Shown: positions 41,622 through 51,865 of the stretch, in pieces | Position numbering within the stretch: the stretch's first letter is position 1 | Layout: each line of letters starts with the position of its first letter | Assembly: GCA_963734635.1 (NCBI GenBank) | Contig: CAVTIA010000013.1 | Coordinates: 108,488-172,487, forward strand | Direction of reading: 5' to 3' | Length of the DNA stretch: 64,000 bases | Origin: an uncultured Acidobacteriota bacterium | Lineage (GTDB): Bacteria; Acidobacteriota; Vicinamibacteria; Vicinamibacterales; UBA2999 | Notes under the pieces: generated by a model | What the model saw: only the letters and a program-made list of their open reading frames with translations | What the model was told of the DNA's origin: nothing | The model's database searches: none | Position numbers and translations under genes: made by a program

Positions 41622-42017
41622 TCAGCTCGACCCATCCCGAACGGCGAATCCAATGCCGCGCCCGCCCACCCACACGCACGGAGGCACGAGCGCGGTCAGG
41701 ATCACGGCCCACCACAACGGCCAACGTGACGTCGGCGCGGTGAATCCCACATAAGCGATGACGCCGAGCACGATGCCGAGCAGCAACAGCGGCCACGCCA
41801 TGTGCGGGCCCGTGATTCGCGCCGTCACCCATCCGCCGATGACGGCGGCTGCGATACCAACCGCGAGGTACCCGACAAGCTCCCCGAAGGTACTGCTGCG
41901 ACTCTCGGCACCAAGGGGGTTGCCGTCTGTGGCGAGCACGAGCAGGGCGGTACTCGCCTGAAAGAACACGGCTGCTGTCAGCAGCCCGACCACGATGCCG
42001 ACGAGTCCGCGCAGCAT
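41622..42017 (-). CDS. Four-TM hypothetical membrane protein
   Basis: Hydrophobic helices, GGWVTARI, WPLWW. Confidence 0.7.
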   Translation of the reverse strand: MLRGLVGIVVGLLTAAVFFQASTALLVLATDGNPLGAESRSSTFGELVGYLAVGIAAAVIGGWVTARITGPHMAWPLLLLGIVLGVIAYVGFTAPTSRWPLWWAVILTALVPPCVWVGGRGIGFAVRDGSS

Positions 42018-42030
42018 TGCGCAAACCCGA

Positions 42031-42897
42031 TTACGGCCACCGCAGGCGCGCGGTGCCGAACGATTTTTCGTTGCCTGTCTTTTTGCGCAGATGCCCGTAC
42101 ATCATTTCCTCGACGAACTCCACGCACTTGAACTCCAGGAGCTGGGCGTTCTCGTCGTGCCGTCGATAGAGCGGCATTCGAATCGTCCACGGGCGTGTGA
42201 AAACCTTCGGATCCTCGATCGTGGCCCGGTAATCGATCCGATCCGGCCCGGCAGGCGTGAAGCGCTCCACGACATGGAGCGCTTCGCTGTGAAAATTGCC
42301 TGCCCGATCGAACCACGTCTGATCGTTGAAGCCCGTCACGTCCACGACGAGCGTGTCACCCTCCCAGCGGCCGACCGACTGTCCCATCCACGTGTCGACC
42401 GGAGGCGGCTCCGCTTTGCCCATCTTGATCACACGACTGGCGCTCGCGTACTCATACGCCATGAGGATGTCGTTGCTGCCGGTCTGCAGGATCTGAAACG
42501 GGTACGGCATGTATGTGGCGCGCGGCAGCCCCGGCAGGTAGCATTTGACCTCCGGGTCCCTGGCGAGCCAGTTGTCGTAGTTCTCGCGCTGCTTGGCCGC
42601 AGCCCACGGCTGGTACGGAATGTCGTTCCCCTCGACCACGCTGAGACCGGCCGGAATCGCAAAGGTGGCGCCCAATTCGAGCACGGGGCCCGTGCGGGCC
42701 TGATGGTCCTGCAGATTCCAGTGGGCCGTGCCGACGGCCTGCCAGATGCCGTTCAAGTCCGGCCGCCCATCTGCAGTGCGCAGCACGTCGGCACCTGACG
42801 TCTGTCCTGCCGCGGGGTCCTGCATCAGGCGGGCGCCCGCAAGGGCGATCGCAGCAGATGCGAGGGCGATCGTGGCGCCTTTCAGCCAGCTCTGCAT
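42031..42897 (-). CDS. 'GRWEGxTLVV' family type A paralog
   Basis: DGRPDLNGIWQ, KCYLPGLPR, WFDRAGNFHS, FKCVEF; close to 14438-15250. Confidence 0.85.
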   Translation of the reverse strand: MQSWLKGATIALASAAIALAGARLMQDPAAGQTSGADVLRTADGRPDLNGIWQAVGTAHWNLQDHQARTGPVLELGATFAIPAGLSVVEGNDIPYQPWAAAKQRENYDNWLARDPEVKCYLPGLPRATYMPYPFQILQTGSNDILMAYEYASASRVIKMGKAEPPPVDTWMGQSVGRWEGDTLVVDVTGFNDQTWFDRAGNFHSEALHVVERFTPAGPDRIDYRATIEDPKVFTRPWTIRMPLYRRHDENAQLLEFKCVEFVEEMMYGHLRKKTGNEKSFGTARLRWP

Positions 42898-42914
42898 GAG
42901 GCCTCCTCGCCGGG

Positions 42915-43874
42915 CTATCGCGTGCCGGAGGCCGCCGCTTTGTCGCGCGCGCGTCCGGCGCTCAGCGTGTTGGGGAGGCCAAGGTTCCCCTCGTGGCACG
43001 CGTACTCGAAGATCTGGTAGTCGGGTTCTCGGTGTAACGGGATCGCCACTCTCCAGGGCGCCGTGAAGACTTTGGGATCCTCGATCGTTGCTTCGTAGTT
43101 GATCGTGTTCTCGTCAACGCGGGTAAAGCGCTCCACGACGTGCAGTTCCTCGCTCTGCGGAATCGCTCGCACTCGCTGGGTGGCCACGTTGGTGGCAATA
43201 CTGCCCTTGTCGTTGTAGTTTGTGATGTCGACGACGAGTGTGTTGCCTTCCCACCGCCCGCGCGAATCGCCGTTCCACGTCCGTATGCCTTTTCCGATGT
43301 GGGGCCGTCCGTCGAGTGGGATGACTCGCGCTTCATGGATCATCTCGTAGACGATCGATACGTAGCCGGGGCCCTGCAGGATCTGATACCCGGAGCCGTA
43401 CCCGGCGGGGAACAGTCCTCCCGGCACACCTCGAGTGATGCACCGCTCCCACGGCGTGTGGTTCTCCCAGTCGTCCTGGATGTGCGCGAGCTTGAAGTTC
43501 CGCCGCTCTTCCGCCGACGCCATGATCGGCACGCGTCCGCTGGGAGGATCCACCACGAGCGACCGCCCTTTGGTCAGCGTTCGATCGGTGGTGTCGTTCA
43601 GAAAGCCAGGGCCGGTTCCGCGGGCAGAGCCGTCGGGATCGCCGGAGTACAAGCCAGGCGTGTCGCTCTCATCGAATACTTCGAAGGGCGTCGCGGTGTA
43701 GTTCGTCCACATCCCCTGCAGATCCGGCTGACCGTCGGGTGTTCGTGGTGGTGTCCAGCCCTCCGCTGCCTCGGCGCTCGCGCCGCTGTTCCGCGTGCAA
43801 CCGGGGGAGACAGCGAGTGCGATCGTGAGGATCGCCAGGACGAGGGCCAACGACATGAGACCTCGATTGCGCAT
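42915..43874 (-). CDS. 'GRWEGxTLVV' family type B paralog
   Basis: PRTPDGQPDLQGMW, ERC, GRWEGNTLVV, FEYACHEGN. Confidence 0.85.
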   Translation of the reverse strand: MRNRGLMSLALVLAILTIALAVSPGCTRNSGASAEAAEGWTPPRTPDGQPDLQGMWTNYTATPFEVFDESDTPGLYSGDPDGSARGTGPGFLNDTTDRTLTKGRSLVVDPPSGRVPIMASAEERRNFKLAHIQDDWENHTPWERCITRGVPGGLFPAGYGSGYQILQGPGYVSIVYEMIHEARVIPLDGRPHIGKGIRTWNGDSRGRWEGNTLVVDITNYNDKGSIATNVATQRVRAIPQSEELHVVERFTRVDENTINYEATIEDPKVFTAPWRVAIPLHREPDYQIFEYACHEGNLGLPNTLSAGRARDKAAASGTR

Positions 43875-43892
43875 CTGATACCTCGCAGTTAA

Positions 43893-44063
43893 TGAATTGC
43901 AGATTTCAAATCGTTCGATTGGCGATTGTTGACGATTTCCGAACGACGATTGTTCGAACTGATTGACGGTTAACGGAACACAGTAAGTCGCCACTCAGTT
44001 CGGCGATCGACATTCGTCATTCGACAACACTTTTCACTCGACCAATCTGAGACCGGCAATTGC
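43893..44063. repeat. Degenerate CGATT/AATCG octamer palindromic spacer
   Basis: Left half GATT-rich, right half rich in TCG/CAAT; ends AATTGCAGATT...AATCTG..GCAATT. Confidence 0.5.
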
Positions 44064-44492
44064 TAGCGTCTTTCCGCGGGATCCCTCCCATCCGCCGGTG
44101 CGCCGGTTCCGGGCGACCCGATGAACAGCTTCTTCCCGTCAGGCAGCATCACCTCCCGGCCATTCGCCCTGTTCGAACCGTCCCTGGCCCGAAAGCCCTG
44201 CACGATGACCGTTGTCCCTGGGGGTAGTGAATTCCTGTTCCAGCCGCGCCGGAGCAGAGAGTTGGGAGCGCCGCCCTCGACCATCCAGCTCACGACCTTT
44301 CCGTCCGGACCTTTGACATCCATATGAAGCCACGCGTGGGGATTGATCCAGTCCATCTTCGTGACCGTTCCGGTGAGCGTGACGGGCTTCGAGCCGTCGA
44401 ACTCCGCTGCAAATGAATGATGTGCTGCGAGTGGCGCACCCGGCCGCGAGCACGGCGAGCGTTGCCGCCGCAAAGAACAGAGCCGTCCTCAT
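44063..44492 (-). CDS. DUF6152 family secreted protein (frameshift near 44445)
   Basis: MRTALFF signal peptide, AHHSFAAEFD, WINPH, VEGGAPN. Confidence 0.85.
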
Positions 44493-44543
44493 CGACCTTA
44501 CCTCCTGAATGGAAAGACCGCGGGTACTTTGGCGACGTCTGCG

Positions 44544-45717
44544 CTATCCAAACACGTACACGCGGCCGTCCTGCGCGCCGATCACCAGGCGGCCTGCCGC
44601 AATTGCCGGGGACGCCGTCACGCCGGCGCCGATTTCGAACTCCCAGATCTTCTTGCCTGACGCTGCATCGAGCATATACAGACGGCCGTCAGTCGATCCA
44701 ACGAACACCCGGCCGCCGGCGACCACCGGCGACGAATCGACGCGTGCGCGCGTGGCGAACGTCCAGAGCCGCCGACCTGTGCCGGCGTCAATCGCGTGCA
44801 CCAGCTTGTCGCGGCCGCCCACGATCAGGCGACCGTTGTCGAGCGCTGCGGACGAATAGTACCGGAAAACGTGACTCCGGATCGGAGTAGCGCCACTCGA
44901 TCCGCCGCTGCTTGAGGTCGACGGCCAGCACTTCGTAGTTGAACGTGCCGAAGTATGCGCGGCCGTTGTCCAGCACCGGCGAGGCGCCGGTGTAGGCGCC
45001 TGACTCGACATGATACGCCTCCGTGCCGTCTGCCACGCGAATGGCGCGGAACACAGCATCACAGCCCGCAACGAATGCAAGTCCATCCTGGACGGCAGGC
45101 GTCGCGTGCACCTGCCCCTTCGTCGCCACTTTCCACCGCAGCTTGCCCGAACGCGCGTCGAGCGCGTAGAGGTGCGTATCGTACGAGCCGATGAGCACCA
45201 CGTCGTTGATCAGGACAGGGGAAGACTTGATCTCGGCGCCCGTCTTGAACGTCCACAGCGGTTTGCCGTCGCTCAGATTCACGGCGTGTACCAGTCCGCC
45301 AAGGTCGCCGACGAACACGGCATCGGTTCCGACGGCCGGCGACGACTCGCCGATCAGATTGCCCGTCGTGTACTTCCAGAGCAGCTTGCCTGACGCCAGG
45401 TCGAGCGCCAGCAGGTCGCCGGTGCCCGCACCGACGTACACGACTCCACCCGCGATCGCCGCCGACGAATCGATTGGATCGCTCGACTCGTAGGTCCACA
45501 GAAGCTTGAGTGTGGCGGGAAGGGTCGATGCCGACACACCGCGCAACTGAGGGCTCCCACGGAATTGTCGCCATTCATCGGCAGGCGTGGCACGTGGTGC
45601 CTGACCCGCGACCGGCATCATCGCGGAGGCCACGATAAGGAGCACAGTGACGGAGACGCGGAGGTAATGGAGGCAGGACGTTCTCCGTGTCTCTGTGTCT
45701 CCGTGGCTCGCGATCAT
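44544..45717 (-). CDS. PQQ-like/BamB-like beta-propeller (frameshift near 44860)
   Basis: WRQFRG, regular SSP...GS.D..LYALD...G...W repeats. Confidence 0.88.
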
Positions 45718-47154
45718 TTCACTGAAATGGCAAACAGCTGGCTGCGGTTGTTGAGGAACAGCGTCCCGTGTGCCGGCACCAGGCTCCCATAGACGGCACT
45801 GCCCATGTTCGTCTCTGTGAGGATCTTCGCTTCCTTCCCGTGGGCCATGACGACGACGTCGCCGTCCTCGTCACCGAGATAGACCTTGCCGTCGGCCACG
45901 AGCGGTGATGCCCAGACGGCGGCCAGCAGATCGTGGGTCCAGTACAGCTGTCCCGTCTTCGCGTCCAGGCAGTGGAAATAGCCACTGAAGTCGGGAATGT
46001 AGACGAGCCCGTCAACGATGGCGGCAGTGGAGATCGAGCGGCGAATCTTGTCGAAGTGCCACACGAGGCCGCTCTTCGTAATGTCGCCTCGCTTGGTCGG
46101 ATCGATTGCGTAGAAGTGCCCCGTGCCCTCACCGTGCTCGGGGTCCTGCCCGTTTGCGATGTACACGCGGTCTTCGTAAATGACCGGTGTCCCGATCAGT
46201 TCGTTGCGCGTGCGCGGCCAGACCGCGTCCTTCGGATTGGTGTCGAACTCCCAGAGCTTCTTGCCTGTTTCCGCTTCGTAGCCGCGCACCCAGCCGTCGC
46301 CTTGCGCCGATATCACCTGCAGCACTCCGCCGATTCGGCCGACCGTTGGCGTCGACCACTGGCCGTGCAGGATGCGGTCCTCGACCGAGTTGTCTTCCCA
46401 GACGAGCTCGCCGGTGTTCTTGTTCAGCGCGATGATCGCAGGGGCGCGCGGCGAGGGAATGTTCACGTGGCTTTCGTCCTGGCCGTTCGACGTGCTCACG
46501 TATATGAGGTCGCCCCACACGACTGGCGAGGAGTTCGACATGTTGTGGGGGTACGCCCCCACCTGTTCCATCATGTCGAACGACCAGATAACATCCGCGT
46601 CGGACTGGCCGGTCAGTTTCTCGTCGTTGAACGGCCCATCGTTTTCGTTGTCGCGGAAGCCCTGGATGTCGAGGCAGTGCACCACTCCGCGATTGCTCAC
46701 GTAGTAGAGCCGTTCACCTTCCACGAGCGGGGAAGACGCCACGCCCTGAAACGGCCAGTCGTTGGCCCGCCCGGACTCGAGCTTCACGTGCGTCTGCTGC
46801 CATAAGAACTGCGCCATCCGATTCGCGGAACGCCATCAGCACGCCGCGATCGCCCGGCTGCTTCGGATCGCGCACCAGCTCGTTGTTGGTGCCGACGAAC
46901 ACCATCCCGCCTGCCACGACCGGGTTCCCGTAGCTCTGTGAACCGAGGTCGGCCACCCACTTGATGTTCTTCTTTGCCTTGACGTCCCACTCCGACGCCA
47001 GCCCCTTCATGGTGGACACCATGTTGCGGTCGGGTGTGCCGCCCCACATGGGCCAATCGCCCGTTCCCGGGTCGGAAGCCGACAGTCGGACGGAATGGCC
47101 GACGAGGGCACAAACCATCAGCGCTACGAGACAAGAAAGCAAACGGGTATGCAT
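45714..47154 (-). CDS. Secreted PQQ-like beta-propeller (frameshift near 46815)
   Basis: DWPMWGGTPDRN, SNGQDESH, NGQDPEHG. Confidence 0.88.
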
Positions 47155-47162
47155 TTTTATCC

Positions 47163-49391
47163 CTACTGGTTCTTGGCCAGCACGAGGTTGTCGTAATAGG
47201 CGCCGAACTGCGCATTGATGAAGAAGCCAGGCGCCCCCTGCCGGTTGCCGATCGGATCGAGCTTCTCGATCGTCCAGGCGGCCGGCTCGGGCTCACCGGC
47301 TGGCCACGCTTTGCCGCGCGCCCGCACCTGTCCGTTCGGGAGGTTCTCGACGCGGAGTTTCAGCCGGTACCACGCGTCGGGCTTCCAGGCAAAGGGCACG
47401 GTCACCGTTCGAACCGTTTCCGGTTCCCAGGGCTCGATCTTGAGCCGCTGCGAGTTGCCGTAGAGCACGAGCGAATACCGCTGCGCCGTGATGCCGATGT
47501 CGCCCATTTGCCGGCGGCGCGTGCTGGCGCGCACATCAGCCTCGAACGTGTAGTCCGACCAGGTCACAGGCCCGATGAACGCTCGACCGCGCATGAAGAT
47601 CGTATCGACGGGCGCTTTCTGCAGGACCTTCTGTCCGTCGAGCGTCGTGACTGACATGGCGAGCGCCTGTGCGTTCACCCAACCCGGCGGAATGCCTTTG
47701 TCCGGATAGTCCTCGAACGTTTCCTTCCAGGGAAGTGGATGCACGACGCGCGCGCGCGCCTGGCCCGTGAGCGTTCCCACCGTCGCCTTGATCAGCCCTG
47801 CCTGTTCAACGGCGTCGCTGGCGACGGTAAACGTGCCGTTCGCGACGGTCCCTTTCAATCCCTCGAGGGCCCAGGTTGCTGCAGCCTCTTCCCGCAGGAA
47901 CCGGCCCTTGTCGTCGAACAGACGTGCGCGAAGCCTGACCATCTGACCTGGTTCGAGTACCAGCTCGGTAGGCATCACCTGCAAGTGCGCCGGTGCGCCC
48001 TGGCCGACCGGCACAGCTTCATCGACCGCAAGTCCGGTCACGGACTTGGGCTGCTTCGGTCCAATCGCATACACCGCGTCGCTCGACACGAAAAAGATGC
48101 GCCCGCGCGAAACTGCAGCACCCGCGAGAATCTGCTCCGGCGTCCCCTCAGAGCCGCAGCAGCTCATGACGCTGTTCGGCAGCTCCACTTTGCTGAGCAT
48201 GTCGCCGCGGTCCGCTTGCGGGCGGATGATGTGAAACGTGCCATTGTCGGTGCCGACGTAGATCTTCCCGTCGGCGAAGATGGGCGCCGCCTTCTGGGCG
48301 GTGCCCAGCGCGAGCTCCCACAACTCCTTGCCGCTCTCGATGTCGAACGCTTTCAGATGAGAACTGTTGTCGATCTGATAGATACGCGAACCGTCTACGA
48401 TTGGCGGTGAGTAGGTGAACTCGATGCCCTTGACCGCCCACTTCGGCGTCTTGAGATCGCCGGTCTGCGTCCCGTCGATCGCGGCAATCAGCCCCAGCTC
48501 GTTGCCCTCGAGATTTTCGTCGCCGTGCGACACGAACACGTCGTTGCCGCGAACGACCGCGCCTGTATTGATGGCGCGCTTGGACATCGGGAAGCTCCAG
48601 ACCTTCTCGCCCGTCTGCGTCTTGATTGCGTGAACGCCTCCGTCGCCTAGTCCGGAGATCAGCAGCCGCATGCCGTTGATGGTGGCGATGATCGGCGACG
48701 CGTACGCAGTGTCGTAGGGTCGCCCGCCGGGATTCGAGAGGTACACGACGTCGCCCGTGCGTTTGTCGAGTGCCATGAAGCGATGGCCGCGCAGTGCCGA
48801 CGTCCCCCAGTTGGATACGGCAGCGCTGACGATCACGAGATCGCCATCAACCACCGGAGACATCGTCCGGCCGCCATGCGTCGTGAACGCGGCAAACTCT
48901 TCGCCGAACGATCGGGACCAGAGCAGCTTGCCGTCGCGGCTCAACGCAATCGCTTCGGCGCCGCCACTGAACGCATAGATGTTCCCGGTTTCAGGATCGG
49001 CCGCCGGCGAAGCCCAGCCGATCCGGTGCGCCGGCACGTCGCTCTGGTACAGGTTGAATTTGTATTCCCAGACGACTTTGCCGCTGTCGGCGTCGAGCGC
49101 CATGACACGCTCCTGCAGGTTCACGCCGCGGCCCGACGGGTTCTGGACGTACACCCGGTTCCCCATGACGATGGGGGCCGACCGGCCGCCGTATGGCACC
49201 CGCCAGAGGAAGTTTTCGCCGTTGAGAGCCCATTTGTCGATGAGGCCCGTTTCGCGCGAGATGCCGTCGCGGCTGGGCCCGCGCATGTCAGGCCAGTCGC
49301 CGACCGCTACGCGGCGGGGGCCCTCGGCCGTCACGGAGATCGACGCGGCCAGCAGTGCGGCCGCTGCGACGCAGGACTTCATCTTCGGCAT
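47163..49391 (-). CDS. Large PQQ-like propeller with Ig-like and lectin-like C-terminal domains
   Basis: DWPDMRGP, propeller repeats, then WSDYTFEADV...WYRLKLRV...GKAWP. Confidence 0.85.
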   Translation of the reverse strand: MPKMKSCVAAAALLAASISVTAEGPRRVAVGDWPDMRGPSRDGISRETGLIDKWALNGENFLWRVPYGGRSAPIVMGNRVYVQNPSGRGVNLQERVMALDADSGKVVWEYKFNLYQSDVPAHRIGWASPAADPETGNIYAFSGGAEAIALSRDGKLLWSRSFGEEFAAFTTHGGRTMSPVVDGDLVIVSAAVSNWGTSALRGHRFMALDKRTGDVVYLSNPGGRPYDTAYASPIIATINGMRLLISGLGDGGVHAIKTQTGEKVWSFPMSKRAINTGAVVRGNDVFVSHGDENLEGNELGLIAAIDGTQTGDLKTPKWAVKGIEFTYSPPIVDGSRIYQIDNSSHLKAFDIESGKELWELALGTAQKAAPIFADGKIYVGTDNGTFHIIRPQADRGDMLSKVELPNSVMSCCGSEGTPEQILAGAAVSRGRIFFVSSDAVYAIGPKQPKSVTGLAVDEAVPVGQGAPAHLQVMPTELVLEPGQMVRLRARLFDDKGRFLREEAAATWALEGLKGTVANGTFTVASDAVEQAGLIKATVGTLTGQARARVVHPLPWKETFEDYPDKGIPPGWVNAQALAMSVTTLDGQKVLQKAPVDTIFMRGRAFIGPVTWSDYTFEADVRASTRRRQMGDIGITAQRYSLVLYGNSQRLKIEPWEPETVRTVTVPFAWKPDAWYRLKLRVENLPNGQVRARGKAWPAGEPEPAAWTIEKLDPIGNRQGAPGFFINAQFGAYYDNLVLAKNQ

Positions 49392-49401
49392 GGCGACAAA
49401 T

Positions 49402-49423
49402 ATACGACGTCCGGGGGTCGTAT
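49402..49423. promoter_or_regulatory. 7-8-7 inverted repeat in a divergent promoter region (candidate operator)
   Basis: ATACGAC-N8-GTCGTAT in the 76-bp gap. Confidence 0.4.
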
Positions 49424-49467
49424 TGTTTAACGCATATCGCAAGGCGGCGGACCCGGAGAAAGGCATA

Positions 49468-51627
49468 ATGACGCTCATGTGCAAGCATCTCAAGGGGTGG
49501 CTCGTCATCGTTGTGGGGCTTTTTGTATCGGGTTTTTTTGCGGCCGACGTGCGCGCCCAGGATCCGACACGACCTCCTGTGGGCCCCATCCAGTTGCCAA
49601 CGGTGACGGTGACGGCACAAAAGGAGCCGGCCGACCCGCGTACTCTGCCAGTCAGCGTGACCGCTGTGTCGCAGGAGACGCTTTCGGGCGGCGGCGTACG
49701 CACCGTGCGCGAGGCGTCGATTTATGCGCCCAATACCTACTTCTCGGATTTCACGGCCCGCAAGCTGAGCAACCCGCGGTTCCGGGGAATCGGCTCGAGT
49801 CCCGCCAATCCGGCCATCACGACGAATTTCGATGGTGTTCCACAGCTCAACTCGAACACGTCGAGCATCGACCTTTTGGATGTCGACCAGATCGAGTTCG
49901 TTCGCGGACCACAGAGTGCGCTGTTCGGGCGGAACACGCTGGCCGGCGTGATCAACGTGGTCAGCGCCCGTCCATCGCTCAATAACTGGTCGTATGGGGC
50001 GTCGGTGCCGCTTGCGAATTTCGACGGGCGAGAGCTTCGCGCGGGAGTGTCTGGGCCGCTTGCGGCAGGACGGATTGGTGTCAGCGGCGCTATCGCGTAC
50101 GGACGCCGCGATGGATTTACTCGGAATGTCGTGACCGGCAACGACGTCGATAGTCGGTCTGCCTTTGCGGGCAAAGGACAGCTGCTCTGGACTCCGTCCG
50201 CCACCTGGGAAACGCGCGTCATCGTGAACGGAGAACGGGCGCGCGACGGCGATTACGCACTCAACGACCTTGCCGCCCTTCGTGCAAATCCGTTCGAAGT
50301 GGCACGTGATTTCGAGGGGCACACGGATCGTGATCTGGTGGGCACGACGATCCTCGCCCGGCGGGCAGGAGGACGGATCAACCTGTCGACGACGACCGGG
50401 TTCCTGAACTGGAAGACGTTCGATGAGACGGATCTCGACTACACGCCGCTTCCTCTTATCCGACGCAGCAATACGGAGGAGAGCTTCCAATTCACGCAGG
50501 AGGTCCGCATCGGCTCTGCCGCCAACGCGCCATGGCGTGCTTCCGCCGACGTGCCGATCAGATGGCAGGCCGGTGTGTTCCTGTTCACGCAGAACTACGA
50601 GCAGGATGCCATCAACAATTTCTCCCCGTCCGTGCTTTCTCCATTCGTGACCTTTCCGGTGGCACAGCATTCGCCGCAGGCCACGCTCGACGATGCCGGA
50701 ATCGGCGTCTACGGCCAGGCGACGGCGACCTTCGACGATCGGCTGGATATCACCGCTGGCGCTCGCGTCGATCACGAGAGCAAGAAGGCATCGCTCAATA
50801 CGTTCTTCGCGCCGGCGATTGCGCCTGGCCGTCTCGTCACAGACGAGGAAGGGTTTTCCAACGTATCGCCTCAATTCTCGGTGGCATTCCGCTTCGACCC
50901 AGCCGCCATGGTGTACGGCGTCGTCGCGCGTGGGTTCAAGGCAGGCGGATTCAACGCAGCTTCTCCCGCTGGGTTTGAGTCATACGGCGAAGAGCAGACG
51001 TGGAACCTCGAAGGCGGCGTGAAGACGACGTGGATGGGTGGCCGTGTGATGGCGAATGCCGCGGTGTTTCGCATTGATTGGGACGATTTGCAGCTCAACC
51101 TGCCGGATCCGTTCGTCCCTGCGCAGTTCTACATTGCGAACGTTGGGCGCGCGCTCAGCCAGGGAGTGGAGCTCGATCTCAACGCGCGCGTGCAGCCCGG
51201 CATCGACGTATTCGCGGCGTTCGGGTATACCGACGCTACCTTCAAGCCGGGCAGCATCTCGAGCGGGGTGAACGTGGGTGGCAACGAGATCCCCAACACG
51301 CCCGACTACACCGCCACATTCGGCACACAGTTTTCGCGAGCCGTTCGAGCGGATGCGACGGTATATGGACGCGTAGACGTGACCTTCTACGGGGCGTTCC
51401 AGTACGACGATCTCAACAGGGCAGGGCAGGACAGCTATTCGCTGACGAACTTTCGCGGCGGCCTCCAGAGGGGACGCCTGTACGCCGAAGGATGGATCAG
51501 GAACGCCTTTGACACGCATTACGTTCCGGTAGCGTTCGCGTTCGATCCCCAGCTGGCCCGATCCGGGTTCCTGGGGGAGAGTGGCGCGCCGCGCACGTAT
51601 GGCCTGAATGTCGGAGTGCGTTTCTAG
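49468..51627 (+). CDS. TonB-dependent outer-membrane receptor
   Basis: TVTVTAQK TonB box, IEFVRGPQSALFGRN plug, RGFKAGGFN, C-terminal Phe. Confidence 0.92.
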   Translation: MTLMCKHLKGWLVIVVGLFVSGFFAADVRAQDPTRPPVGPIQLPTVTVTAQKEPADPRTLPVSVTAVSQETLSGGGVRTVREASIYAPNTYFSDFTARKLSNPRFRGIGSSPANPAITTNFDGVPQLNSNTSSIDLLDVDQIEFVRGPQSALFGRNTLAGVINVVSARPSLNNWSYGASVPLANFDGRELRAGVSGPLAAGRIGVSGAIAYGRRDGFTRNVVTGNDVDSRSAFAGKGQLLWTPSATWETRVIVNGERARDGDYALNDLAALRANPFEVARDFEGHTDRDLVGTTILARRAGGRINLSTTTGFLNWKTFDETDLDYTPLPLIRRSNTEESFQFTQEVRIGSAANAPWRASADVPIRWQAGVFLFTQNYEQDAINNFSPSVLSPFVTFPVAQHSPQATLDDAGIGVYGQATATFDDRLDITAGARVDHESKKASLNTFFAPAIAPGRLVTDEEGFSNVSPQFSVAFRFDPAAMVYGVVARGFKAGGFNAASPAGFESYGEEQTWNLEGGVKTTWMGGRVMANAAVFRIDWDDLQLNLPDPFVPAQFYIANVGRALSQGVELDLNARVQPGIDVFAAFGYTDATFKPGSISSGVNVGGNEIPNTPDYTATFGTQFSRAVRADATVYGRVDVTFYGAFQYDDLNRAGQDSYSLTNFRGGLQRGRLYAEGWIRNAFDTHYVPVAFAFDPQLARSGFLGESGAPRTYGLNVGVRF

Positions 51628-51655
51628 GAGCGACGAATGGGCGTAACAAGCCACA

Positions 51656-51865
51656 GAGACACAGCGCGGCCAAGACCGCAACCAAGTCGGGTTCGCGTGG
51701 CCGCGCTGTGTCTCCAGAGACGCTGTGACACAGGTGCTACTAACCCCGAGAATCGACGCCACGAAAAATCTGCGCGCGACGCAATAATTCTCGGGGTTAG
51801 AGCACAGAGTCACAGAGAAACTCTTAGGCCGTTTGAGCCTCTGTGTCTCTGTGCCTCCGCGGCTC
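51656..51865. repeat. Three consecutive inverted repeats
   Basis: 17-bp arms 51656-51714; 14-bp arms CTAACCCCGAGAAT/ATTCTCGGGGTTAG 51740-51800; CACAGAG nonamer hairpin 51803-51865. Confidence 0.85.
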
